64,000 nt of DNA, taken from a virus. Taxonomy: Duplodnaviria; Caudoviricetes. Shown piece by piece: positions 1 to 7,775 of this stretch. The position numbers and the translations under genes are program-made. How positions within the stretch are numbered: the first letter of the stretch is position 1; each line of letters starts with the position of its first letter. Location: positions 1 to 64,000 of IMG/VR virus record IMGVR_UViG_3300033072_000249; one strand, given 5' to 3'. A model generated the notes under the pieces. The model ran no database searches. It was not told the DNA's origin and saw nothing but the letters and a program-made list of their open reading frames with translations.

Positions 1-137
1 GTTGCCGCCGAACGCGAGGCATGCGCTGCTCTGGCGCAAGGGTACGCCGGTCAAGTGGGCGATGTAGCGTGGGCTGTGGCTGCTGCCATCCGAGGACGAG
101 GCAACGCAGCCATCGCGCAGCAGAAAGGTGGTGTGTG

Positions 138-443
138 ATGGGAGTAGACGTTCACGAGCTGCTGCGCGAAGCAGAAGCACAAAAGGCAGCACGCGCCGAG
201 CAACTGCCAACCGAGCAAGACTGCATCCGAATGATGGTGCAGTGCCGACTGCGCCTGATAGAGCTTGGGTGGATATCGGGTGAATACGCTCCGAAGGATG
301 GGACGGGTTTCGTCGGCATCAATGCCGGTTGGGCTGGCCCTGCTGAGTACCAGCACCTGGGTTCCGGTTTCTTCATTGCCGAGGGCGGTGATTGGTGGCC
401 TGCACCGCCACCACTTGTATTTCAGCAGAAAGGCGGTGTGTGA
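138..443 (+). CDS. hypothetical phage protein
   Basis: ATG at 138 after AAAGGTGG; TGATG coupling to the next ORF; typical codon bias. Confidence 0.75.
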   Translation: MGVDVHELLREAEAQKAARAEQLPTEQDCIRMMVQCRLRLIELGWISGEYAPKDGTGFVGINAGWAGPAEYQHLGSGFFIAEGGDWWPAPPPLVFQQKGGV

Positions 444-739
444 TGAACGCACCAAAACCATCCGCCCTGGGCTGCAACTACGAGGCCCCGACCTTCGGCG
501 CGCGCTACCCCGATGGAACCTGCATCGACGGCTATATGTGGGACTTGGACAGTGGCGACGGCGATGGGATGTTGGACAGCGGAGGCGATGAGCCCTGCCC
601 GTGGTGCAACACCGTCGAGTTTTTGGAGTGGAAGGGCCTCGCGCTTGCCGGGAATGCCCGTCAACGCCGGATTGCTCGTCGGGTAGAGGTCAAAAAGGTT
701 CGCGCTTGGGCGGAATCGCGGTCATCGTTCAAACCATAA
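443..739 (+). CDS. hypothetical phage protein (Cys/Asp-rich, CPWC motif)
   Basis: ATG overlaps upstream TGA; GARYPDGTCIDGYMWDLD..EPCPWCN. Confidence 0.8.
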   Translation: MNAPKPSALGCNYEAPTFGARYPDGTCIDGYMWDLDSGDGDGMLDSGGDEPCPWCNTVEFLEWKGLALAGNARQRRIARRVEVKKVRAWAESRSSFKP

Positions 740-750
740 AGGAGCCAGCC

Positions 751-1269
751 ATGAGTGAGCTGAAGCCGCTATTCGAGCTTGAAGGTCGCCCTGTCATGCG
801 AGGTCAAGAACTCCACATCGCCCCGTCGTACCACTGGCGCGCTGGAGCCAGGGCGAAGGTCGAACGGTTCCACAATGACGAAGAAGTGCAGCTTCGGTCG
901 GACAACGGGGCTGTGCCGACAGTTCCTGTCCGTGCGTTGTCATGGAGAGCACACCCCGACACGGTAGCAATGGAGCAGATGGCAGAGGCCGGCCTTGGCC
1001 GAGCATCCCAACGGGACTTGGCCGTGTGGAAGGCAGCCCGAGCACAGCCAGTGCAGGCCGCGCCACCAGCCGAGCAGCAAATCGAAGCAGCATGCGAAGC
1101 CGTGGCCAGCGCTCTGGGCGACGCCTACGACTGCGGCCGCCACTGGAGTGCCTGGAGCTACGGGACCATGGGTCCAGATGACTTCAGCCAGGTTTCCGAG
1201 GACGACGACCGCGTGCGCGAGATCACGCTGGCTGCCCTGGGCGCCGTGGGCCTGAAGGTGACGCCATGA
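751..1269 (+). CDS. hypothetical phage protein
   Basis: AAGGAG RBS before ATG 751; ATGA coupling downstream. Confidence 0.8.
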   Translation: MSELKPLFELEGRPVMRGQELHIAPSYHWRAGARAKVERFHNDEEVQLRSDNGAVPTVPVRALSWRAHPDTVAMEQMAEAGLGRASQRDLAVWKAARAQPVQAAPPAEQQIEAACEAVASALGDAYDCGRHWSAWSYGTMGPDDFSQVSEDDDRVREITLAALGAVGLKVTP

Positions 1270-1490
1270 TGGATGGGACTGCGACGACTGCCGCCGGCAT
1301 GGCTCAGGTGAGCCCGGAGCAGGTGATCAAAGCCATGCGCGAGCTGGAGCAGCTGCCGAGGCCGCTGTGGGTCTTGGTCTCGCCGGACGGCCGGGTGTGG
1401 GCCAACGACAATCCGGTCGAGCTGCTGCAGGTGCTGATGCCGTACCACCCGCTGCTTAAGCCGCCAGGGCTCGCTCCAGGCGGTCTCTGA
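1266..1490 (+). CDS. hypothetical phage protein
   Basis: Coupled at both ends in a gene chain. Confidence 0.7.
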   Translation: MMDGTATTAAGMAQVSPEQVIKAMRELEQLPRPLWVLVSPDGRVWANDNPVELLQVLMPYHPLLKPPGLAPGGL

Positions 1491-1876
1491 TGATCATCAT
1501 CGCCTGCGGAGGCCGGGACTACGCCGGCATCTACAACAAGATGCGCGTCAACCAGGCGCTGAACCTACTCCACGCGCAGAAGGGCATCGAGCTGCTGATC
1601 CACGGCGCGGCGCGCGGCGCTGACAGCCTGGCAGAGGAGTGGGCCAAGGTGCGCGGCATCCAGGCCGAGGCCTTCCCTGTGACGAAGGAGGACTGGATCA
1701 AGTACGGGAAGGGGGCTGGCCACCTGCGCAACAAGGCCATGCTCATCAGGCTAATGGACCGCGAGTTCCTTGGCCGCGACATCGGCGTGGTCGCCTTCCC
1801 GGGTGGACCCGGCACGGCCAACATGATCCAGCAGACGGAGGCCGCCGGGCTACTGGTGTGGAGGCCGTTCGGGTAA
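1490..1876 (+). CDS. SLOG-family (DUF2493/YspA-like) protein
   Basis: IIACGGRDY, LIHGAARGADSLA, GAGHLRNKAML, VVAFPGGPGTANM motifs. Confidence 0.9.
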   Translation: MIIIACGGRDYAGIYNKMRVNQALNLLHAQKGIELLIHGAARGADSLAEEWAKVRGIQAEAFPVTKEDWIKYGKGAGHLRNKAMLIRLMDREFLGRDIGVVAFPGGPGTANMIQQTEAAGLLVWRPFG

Positions 1877-1903
1877 TTCCCGACTGGTTTGTGTGGGAAT
1901 GGC

Positions 1904-1932
1904 TTGCAACATTTCGTTGGCTGGTCAATAAT
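1904..1932 (+). promoter_or_regulatory. sigma70-like promoter overlapped by a CAAC-N5-GTTG operator
   Basis: TTGCAA 1904-1909, 17-bp spacer, AATAAT 1927-1932; CAAC-ATTTC-GTTG at 1907-1919. Confidence 0.7.
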
Positions 1933-1963
1933 TTCTTCACAGCAACACAAACCGGAGATCGAA

Positions 1964-2344
1964 ATGACCGACAAGTCCTTCAACCAGTTTCACGCCAGCA
2001 ACGAGATCGTCGTCACCGGCACGAACCCTGAGAACGCCGACTACACGAACCCGCGCGGCGAGATCTACGGCTTCGCGGCTGTGGTCTACGCCGACAACAA
2101 CTTCGGCGATCGCCGCGTCACCCGTGTCGGCGTCTTCCACTCTGCTGGAGATGCAGACGCCGCCGCCGAGAAGGTCGCCGCCGCATTGACGGCCCGCTTC
2201 GAGAAGCTCGGCAAGCTCCCGGTCGGCTTCGACTCTTGGGCTACTGCCCGCCCGGCCTACGGATCTGATGCTTACATCGCCTACGGCGCCGACGACGATC
2301 TTGCGCTCGAGCGCCGCGAGGCCGAGGAAGAGGCCTGGGCCTGA
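1964..2344 (+). CDS. hypothetical early protein
   Basis: GGAG RBS, ATG 1964, strong GC3 bias. Confidence 0.85.
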   Translation: MTDKSFNQFHASNEIVVTGTNPENADYTNPRGEIYGFAAVVYADNNFGDRRVTRVGVFHSAGDADAAAEKVAAALTARFEKLGKLPVGFDSWATARPAYGSDAYIAYGADDDLALERREAEEEAWA

Positions 2345-2407
2345 GTCTTCATCGCACTGGCTACGGCCAGTCCAATGACGATTCCCCAACCCAAACAGGA
2401 GAAAACC

Positions 2408-2686
2408 ATGATCCTCAACCAAGCCCAAGCCGAAGCGGTTTACAGCGCGATGTGTGCGCTGAACAATGTGAGCGGCGTCATCAAGTGCCGAATTGACGCA
2501 ATCGAGGTGGTCGAGCACGCCAACCGTCTTGTTGTCGTGAATTCGGGTTGTGGGGCTGGATACCAAAGCGAACGCTACGAAGACCAAGCCGCCTTCGCCA
2601 CCGCCTACGGCCTGAACAGCGACGAGCCGCAGAGCGACGTGGCAGCTGCAGCCGGTGGCCTGACCCAGACCGCCATCGAGCGCTGA
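2408..2686 (+). CDS. hypothetical early protein
   Basis: CAGGAG RBS, ATG 2408. Confidence 0.8.
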   Translation: MILNQAQAEAVYSAMCALNNVSGVIKCRIDAIEVVEHANRLVVVNSGCGAGYQSERYEDQAAFATAYGLNSDEPQSDVAAAAGGLTQTAIER

Positions 2687-2722
2687 TTCCACCGCAGAGG
2701 CTCGCGCGTCGGGCCTCTCCAG

Positions 2723-2962
2723 TGAAATCGCAACAGGAACACATCATGATCACCTGGACCACGCAGACCAACGTCGATGGCGACCGCCATTACATCGCCA
2801 GCAACGGCGCCCGCGTGTACCTGCGCTGCAGCAAGCCGTTCGCCCGCGAGTGGGGTGTGCAGCTGCCTGGCTGGACCAGTGGTGATGGTGGTTTCCGCTC
2901 CATGAAGGAGGCCAAGGCCTTCGTCGAGCGCCAGGCCGACACCAACTGAAATCGCAACAGGA
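2723..2962 (+). repeat. 16-bp direct repeat TGAAATCGCAACAGGA preceding two consecutive start codons
   Basis: Exact copies at 2723-2738 and 2947-2962. Confidence 0.85.
2746..2949 (+). CDS. hypothetical early protein
   Basis: ATG 2746 after the repeat/RBS. Confidence 0.8.
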   Translation: MITWTTQTNVDGDRHYIASNGARVYLRCSKPFAREWGVQLPGWTSGDGGFRSMKEAKAFVERQADTN

Positions 2963-2969
2963 GATCAAC

Positions 2970-3206
2970 ATGGACGACAACTTGCCGCCGCCGCTGCGCA
3001 CTGGGAGCCTTTGCAGTGACTGCAATGGCGCCGGCGCTGATCGGGCTCGCACCCTGGATGCTCGTCGGCGTGGGCAGGCTGACCGTGGCTCGTACATCCA
3101 GTGCTGGACCTGCAACGGCAACGGCCTGGACCCGGCGGCCTACTTCCGGTGGTCGAGAAACCTGGCGGCCGGAGATGCCGTCCGTGCTGGCTTGGGCGCC
3201 AACTGA
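2970..3206 (+). CDS. small protein with DnaJ-type zinc-finger motifs
   Basis: CSDCNGAG and CWTCNGNG (CxxCxGxG twice). Confidence 0.75.
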   Translation: MDDNLPPPLRTGSLCSDCNGAGADRARTLDARRRGQADRGSYIQCWTCNGNGLDPAAYFRWSRNLAAGDAVRAGLGAN

Positions 3207-3277
3207 GCCCGCATCGCGCAGCGCCCGCCCAGGGTGTTGCCCAATGCGAGATTCTTCGCAGATCAAAGGAGTTGAAT

Positions 3278-3748
3278 ATGGGACTGCCCGAAAAATTGCT
3301 GGACATCCAGGGTCGCGTGAACAAGGTTGGCGAGGTCGCCCGTGGCCAGGCCTGGTTGGCCGCCAAGAACGCCGTCGACGTGGCGGAGGAGTTGATCAAA
3401 GAGGGTCGCAAGGCGCGCGCCGGCAACGCCGTCGTCGTGGCGCAGGACTTGGTCGAGAAGTTCGAGAAGACGAGCCCCGCCTCCTGCATTGACGAAGATG
3501 AATTGCTCGCCCGCGTCCGCGTCAGCGATCCGGAGGCTTACACCTGGATCGCGTGGGCACAAGGCATTATCAGCCAGGCATACGACCTCACCCAGGAGTT
3601 GATCACCTGGGACAACAACGACATGATCAGCATCGACCAGAGTGGCCCCCGCCTTACTGCCGAGCGCGACGCGGACGATGTCCTGAAGGAGTTCGGCGAG
3701 CTTGCCGAGGCCATCGAGATTGGCGGCCCCGTAAGGGCTGCATCGTGA
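3278..3748 (+). CDS. hypothetical phage protein
   Basis: AAGGAG RBS, ATG 3278. Confidence 0.8.
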   Translation: MGLPEKLLDIQGRVNKVGEVARGQAWLAAKNAVDVAEELIKEGRKARAGNAVVVAQDLVEKFEKTSPASCIDEDELLARVRVSDPEAYTWIAWAQGIISQAYDLTQELITWDNNDMISIDQSGPRLTAERDADDVLKEFGELAEAIEIGGPVRAAS

Positions 3749-4197
3749 GTACCGGCGCTGACGCCGAGTCGAGGCTCGGGATCGAGGCCCTCGGCTTGTC
3801 AAACAGGTCGAGAAACGTCTTGCGTAGGCACGGGATTGAGACGATCCAACAGCTTCTCAGTCGATCGCTGAAGAGTCTCCAGAAGCTCGATGGCTTTGGG
3901 GATAGGGCGACATGGGAGGTTTGCGGGGCCCTGCGTCGCCTTGGCTTCTCGCTCAATCCAGAGCCGGTCTCTGGCGTCAAGCCAAGTAAGGCCTCCGTCG
4001 CCTACCTGGAGCGACTCCGGGATGAGTTTGCCATACAGGCAATGGGCGCACTGATCGCTGAGCCACCATGGGGCGGAAGCCGCTCACTTGTCAGCTCGTG
4101 GGCCGATCGAAGTGGAGAGGGTCCAGGAACCCCAGATCGCTACGCCTTTGCGGCCTACGCCATGGCCGACGCCATGCTGAGAGCGAGGTCGAAATGA
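3745..4197 (+). CDS. RNA polymerase alpha-CTD-like domain fused to a common phage C-terminal motif
   Basis: GTGA coupling; IEALGLSNRSRNVLRRHGIETIQQLL..LQKLDGFGDRATWEV resembles alpha-CTD; C-terminal RDEFAIQAMGALI..AYAMADAMLRAR. Confidence 0.75.
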   Translation: MSTGADAESRLGIEALGLSNRSRNVLRRHGIETIQQLLSRSLKSLQKLDGFGDRATWEVCGALRRLGFSLNPEPVSGVKPSKASVAYLERLRDEFAIQAMGALIAEPPWGGSRSLVSSWADRSGEGPGTPDRYAFAAYAMADAMLRARSK

Positions 4198-4316
4198 CCT
4201 GGCCCTTCCCGCCGGCCGCCGGCCCGGCCCCATGGGCCGCGAAGCAGGTCAAGGAATATGAGCGGCAGCAGCGCGAGCAGCAGCCGGCAGCACCATTCAT
4301 CGAAAGAAACACATGA
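4194..4316 (+). CDS. small hypothetical protein
   Basis: ATGA coupling at both ends. Confidence 0.6.
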   Translation: MTWPFPPAAGPAPWAAKQVKEYERQQREQQPAAPFIERNT

Positions 4317-4717
4317 GCAAGATCAGTTACTACTGGCACTCAAGCAAGCCGACGAAGCCAGACGTCTACACCACCCGCCGAGGCGAATCCAAGTACCACA
4401 CACTGCGCTACTGGGATGGTGATCGCTGGTGGCAGATCGAGTACGGCGCCAGCATCCGTCGCGCCACCAAGCCATTTCAGTGGCCCAAGGGCTCGCGCAC
4501 CCGGTTCCCATCTGGCCTGTCCCGCTACCGCCTCACGATGGGTCTGCGCCGCATCAACGACCCGTTCCAGCGCGACATCTGGTGGGGTGAGCCATTCAAG
4601 GTGTTCGACCGCGAGGAGGTGCTGAAGTACCTGGTGAAGCAGGGCATCATCACCAAGGACTGGGAGACCACCTATCAACTGGAAATGCGGATCGCTGATC
4701 AGAAAGGCCTGCTGTGA
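4313..4717 (+). CDS. hypothetical phage protein
   Basis: Coupled ORF with typical codon bias. Confidence 0.8.
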   Translation: MSKISYYWHSSKPTKPDVYTTRRGESKYHTLRYWDGDRWWQIEYGASIRRATKPFQWPKGSRTRFPSGLSRYRLTMGLRRINDPFQRDIWWGEPFKVFDREEVLKYLVKQGIITKDWETTYQLEMRIADQKGLL

Positions 4718-5124
4718 GCACGAACGAAACCTGGAGCCAGGCCGACGAGGCGGCCTACAACGAGATGGTGGCGCGCCGCGACCGCGTTCTTGCCGCGCGC
4801 CGCATCGGTGTGGAAAGTGTGGTCGACACCTTTGCCTGCCCGGAGCTTGTGAAGGAGGTGCTCGTCGACTGGCTCATCCAGAACGCCGATGCTGTGCGCG
4901 ACGCCCTGAAGCCCTACGACAGCGGCGTGCGCGTCGCTGAGAGTCCGAAGGGGGACTGGAACAAGTGGGATGGCGGCGAGCTGCCGGTCCCGCGCGGCAC
5001 AGACGTTCATGTCCGCTACCGAGACGGCGAGTTGCGCATCGGCAGGGCTGGTGAGGCATACATGACGAGGTGGGCCCACAAGGGCGCCTCCGATGACATC
5101 GTGGCCTACCGGGTGCTGCCATGA
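4714..5124 (+). CDS. hypothetical phage protein
   Basis: GTGA coupling; C-terminal WNKWDGGELPVP..VHVRYRDG..DIVAYRV motif familiar from phage proteins. Confidence 0.8.
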   Translation: MSTNETWSQADEAAYNEMVARRDRVLAARRIGVESVVDTFACPELVKEVLVDWLIQNADAVRDALKPYDSGVRVAESPKGDWNKWDGGELPVPRGTDVHVRYRDGELRIGRAGEAYMTRWAHKGASDDIVAYRVLP

Positions 5125-5459
5125 GCGAGCCTACTCTGCGAGTCCATCGCTTCCACCCTGATCGCCTGGACCCGGTGACCGTCTACGTCGAGGAGATCCG
5201 GCCTGGCGCATCGCGCATCACTGTGCGGTGCTTTGCCAGAGCCTGGACGGCGTATTGGGGTGCCCACGGCCAGGAGAGCGTCGAGCGCTTCGTGTGCGGC
5301 TGCGATGCTGGTTACGTGGCTGACAACCTGCAGTGGGGCACCAACGGCTTGATGCTGAAAAGGTACGAAAAGCTCCAGCGCGAGTACCTGCTGCGCATCG
5401 TTCGCGGTATGCAGGCGCACTTCGCAACACTGAAGGAGGGCTCGGCATGCAAGTCTTGA
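5121..5459 (+). CDS. hypothetical phage protein
   Basis: ATGA coupling; DPVTVYVEE..ITVRCFARAWTAYWG. Confidence 0.8.
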   Translation: MSEPTLRVHRFHPDRLDPVTVYVEEIRPGASRITVRCFARAWTAYWGAHGQESVERFVCGCDAGYVADNLQWGTNGLMLKRYEKLQREYLLRIVRGMQAHFATLKEGSACKS

Positions 5460-5842
5460 AGGATTGGGCCCAGGCCGACCGAGACGCCTACGAAAGGCTG
5501 TGCGAGCATCGCGGCTGCACCTGCTTCATCAGCGCACCGTGCGTCTGCTGCACGCACCCGGGCAACCCGCTCAACCAAGAGAGCGACAACGAATGCTGGG
5601 AGGAGGTGTTTGACCTCGATGAGGCGTGCGAGAAGGCCATGGAGCGGATAAAGCGGCAGATCGATGCTTCAGTCCAGCGACACATTGATGAGGGCAGGGA
5701 GTTGGCCTACACCATCGGGTGCGGCATGTATGTGCGTCACATCCGCCTGGTTAAGATAGAGGTCGCCGCCCACGCTGCATGGAAGGAGTACCGAGTGCAG
5801 CGGAATCAGAAGTGGCTCAAGTCGCACGGTGTTGTTTTGTAG
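5447..5842 (+). CDS. hypothetical Cys-containing protein
   Basis: AAGGAGG RBS, ATG 5447; GCTCFISAPCVCCTHPGN. Confidence 0.75.
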   Translation: MQVLKDWAQADRDAYERLCEHRGCTCFISAPCVCCTHPGNPLNQESDNECWEEVFDLDEACEKAMERIKRQIDASVQRHIDEGRELAYTIGCGMYVRHIRLVKIEVAAHAAWKEYRVQRNQKWLKSHGVVL

Positions 5843-5845
5843 CAA

Positions 5846-5883
5846 CAACAAAAAGTGCGCGAAGCAACACTGCTGTGTATAAT
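5846..5883 (+). promoter_or_regulatory. promoter (-10 TATAAT) for the ncRNA/tRNA unit
   Basis: Perfect TATAAT at 5878-5883 in an AT-rich patch; no good -35; partial operator CAAC-AAAAA-GTGC at 5846-5858. Confidence 0.6.
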
Positions 5884-5889
5884 TCGCGC

Positions 5890-6445
5890 GCGCTGGGGCA
5901 TCGGGTATGCCGTGGGGTCTCACAGCCCCACCGCCAGCGCCAATTTGAACGGAGCGGCCACTCGAGGGTCGAGCTCGCTCTGAAGAAACACCTGTAGAGA
6001 GAAGAGACAGATCGGCGACATCGCGTAGATGGGCGCCGCCGATCAAGGTGCCGGCGGGCACTGATCCCGGTTGGAACACCGGGGCCACCAAGAAAGAGCG
6101 CGGGCGTGCAAAACTGCAACGGCCCATCGACAAGCTGGTAGTCCAGTCTGGAAGCTCGGTCCAGGTCGTGACAGGCGGGGCGTGGTTCGCTCTTTTTCTT
6201 GGTGGTGTACGCGAAAGCGGATGCTGCGCCGTCAGCAAGCATGGGTGTCCAGGTGCAATGCCTGGGACGAGGTGGAAGCCTGATTTAGATAGCGGTTCGA
6301 GTCCGCAGTGGCCGCCTTCAGTGCAGACGCAGCGAGTAGCGTGCGGCCTCAGTGCCAGCCCGGACGCGGGGCACCACAACCTTTTCTGCAGCACCTGCTG
6401 AGGCACTCGGTGGGCATGGCCTGGGGCATCCCGGGCGACAGCTGC
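5890..6445 (+). ncRNA. cluster of hairpin and tRNA-like structured elements
   Basis: No plausible ORF; successive stems ending GCCA (5942), ACCA (6090), ACCA (6376); T-arm GCGG-TTCGAGT-CCGC near 6293-6307. Confidence 0.55.
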
Positions 6446-6449
6446 ATCT

Positions 6450-6525
6450 TGTCCAGTAGCTCAGTTGGTAGAGCGCTCGACTGTTAATCGAGTGCGCGCT
6501 GGCTCGATGCCAGCCTGGACAGCCA
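6450..6525 (+). tRNA. tRNA-Asn(GUU) with encoded CCA
   Basis: 76 nt; acceptor TGTCCAG/CTGGACA; D arm TAGCTCAGTTGGTAGAGC; anticodon arm CTCGA-CTGTTAA-TCGAG; G73 plus CCA; atypical T loop CTCGATG. Confidence 0.95.
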
Positions 6526-6568
6526 AATACTCCGACTGCCTTGTTGGCGCAAGCCTCCCCAGTCGGCA

Positions 6569-6594
6569 GCCACCTTCGGGTGGCTTTTCTTTTT
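6569..6594 (+). terminator. intrinsic terminator
   Basis: GCCACC-TTCG-GGTGGC followed by TTTTCTTTTT. Confidence 0.9.
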
Positions 6595-6607
6595 CCAGGA
6601 GACGCTC

Positions 6608-6742
6608 ATGCGTTACGAAATTCGCTGGGCCAATGGCAGCTGGCGCCTGTTCGACGTCGACCAGTACACCACGGTGGAGCTGTTCTTCATCAAGCGCGAG
6701 GCCGACGCCGCCTGTGAGCGCGCCAACGGGGCCCGCCGGTGA
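6608..6742 (+). CDS. small hypothetical protein (44 aa)
   Basis: CAGGAG RBS, ATG 6608, GTGA coupling to lysozyme. Confidence 0.7.
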   Translation: MRYEIRWANGSWRLFDVDQYTTVELFFIKREADAACERANGARR

Positions 6743-7608
6743 TCAACCAGGCCGGCATCAGGCTGATCGAAGAGTACGAGTCGTACCGCGAGTTCGCCTA
6801 CCCAGACCCAGCCAGTGAGCTGGCGCGCGCCACCCGTGGCATGCGCCTGCGCTGGGGGTTCCGGCCAGCCAGGGAGATCCTGGCCGAGCTGCCGCCCGAG
6901 GTGGCCAGCCTGCCGGCCAAGCCCTGGACCTGCGGCATCGGCACCACCCATGGGGTGACGCCGGACACGCGCATGTCCCGCTCGGAGGCTGCAGGCCGCC
7001 TGATCGAGGAGCTCAAGGAGTTCGAGCGCGGCGTGCGTGAAGCATGCACGCGCCAGCCCAACGAGAACCAGCTGGCTGCAATGACCAGCCTGGCCTACAA
7101 CATCGGCCTGGGCTGGAAGGGCGCCACCAAGCCGAAGGGTGCCAAGGACGGGTTCCGGCAGTCGACGGTGTTGCGCGCACACAACAGGGGTGACGACCAG
7201 GCTGCGGCCCGCGCCTTCGGTCTGTGGAATAAAGCCAATGGTCGCGAGGAGCCGGGCCTGACCCGCCGCCGCGCCGCCGAGGGCTCGCTGTACCTCAAGC
7301 CGGTGGTTGCCCCGGTGGTGATCGGCGACGACTACGAGGTGGTCGAGGCCGAGGTGCCGGACATGCCGCAGTCGGTGGATGCTGAGCGCCCGATGACCGA
7401 GAGCTCCATCAACCGTGCCGGCGTCGTCGCCGGTGGCACTGCCGCCGTGGCCTCGGTCTCTGAGGTGGCCCGCACCGTCTCCGATGTGAAGTGGTCGCTG
7501 CAGAGCTTGGGCGACTGGTTGGTGCCGGCCCTGTTGGTGGTCACCATGTGCGCGGTTGGCTACTTGATCTACGAGCGCGTCAAGCAACGCCGAGGCGGGT
7601 GGGCATGA
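6739..7608 (+). CDS. endolysin, GH24 phage lysozyme with C-terminal hydrophobic extension
   Basis: GIRLIEEYES..AYPDP..WTCGIGTT, SLAYNIG, WNKANG..GLTRRRAAE; C-terminal TM-like PALLVVTMCAVGYLIY. Confidence 0.92.
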   Translation: MINQAGIRLIEEYESYREFAYPDPASELARATRGMRLRWGFRPAREILAELPPEVASLPAKPWTCGIGTTHGVTPDTRMSRSEAAGRLIEELKEFERGVREACTRQPNENQLAAMTSLAYNIGLGWKGATKPKGAKDGFRQSTVLRAHNRGDDQAAARAFGLWNKANGREEPGLTRRRAAEGSLYLKPVVAPVVIGDDYEVVEAEVPDMPQSVDAERPMTESSINRAGVVAGGTAAVASVSEVARTVSDVKWSLQSLGDWLVPALLVVTMCAVGYLIYERVKQRRGGWA

Positions 7609-7775
7609 AGGCCCTTGCCTCGCGCAAGTTCATCCTGGCCATGGTCTCTCTGGCCAGCGCCACCTGGCTGACCGCCGCCGGCTACATCGCCGATGGCGTG
7701 TACAGCGCCGTGGTCATCGCCACCGTGGGTGGATACCTGACCGCCAACGTGGTTCAGAAGAAGGTTTCCCCATGA
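7605..7775 (+). CDS. small two-TM protein, holin/antiholin candidate
   Basis: 56 aa, SRKF then two hydrophobic stretches, next to the endolysin. Confidence 0.65.
   Translation: MKALASRKFILAMVSLASATWLTAAGYIADGVYSAVVIATVGGYLTANVVQKKVSP

Noticed and set aside
6450-6525. tRNA-Asn as an att site or prophage boundary
   Set aside because: No duplicated tRNA 3' end and no integrase in the window; phage genes lie on both sides
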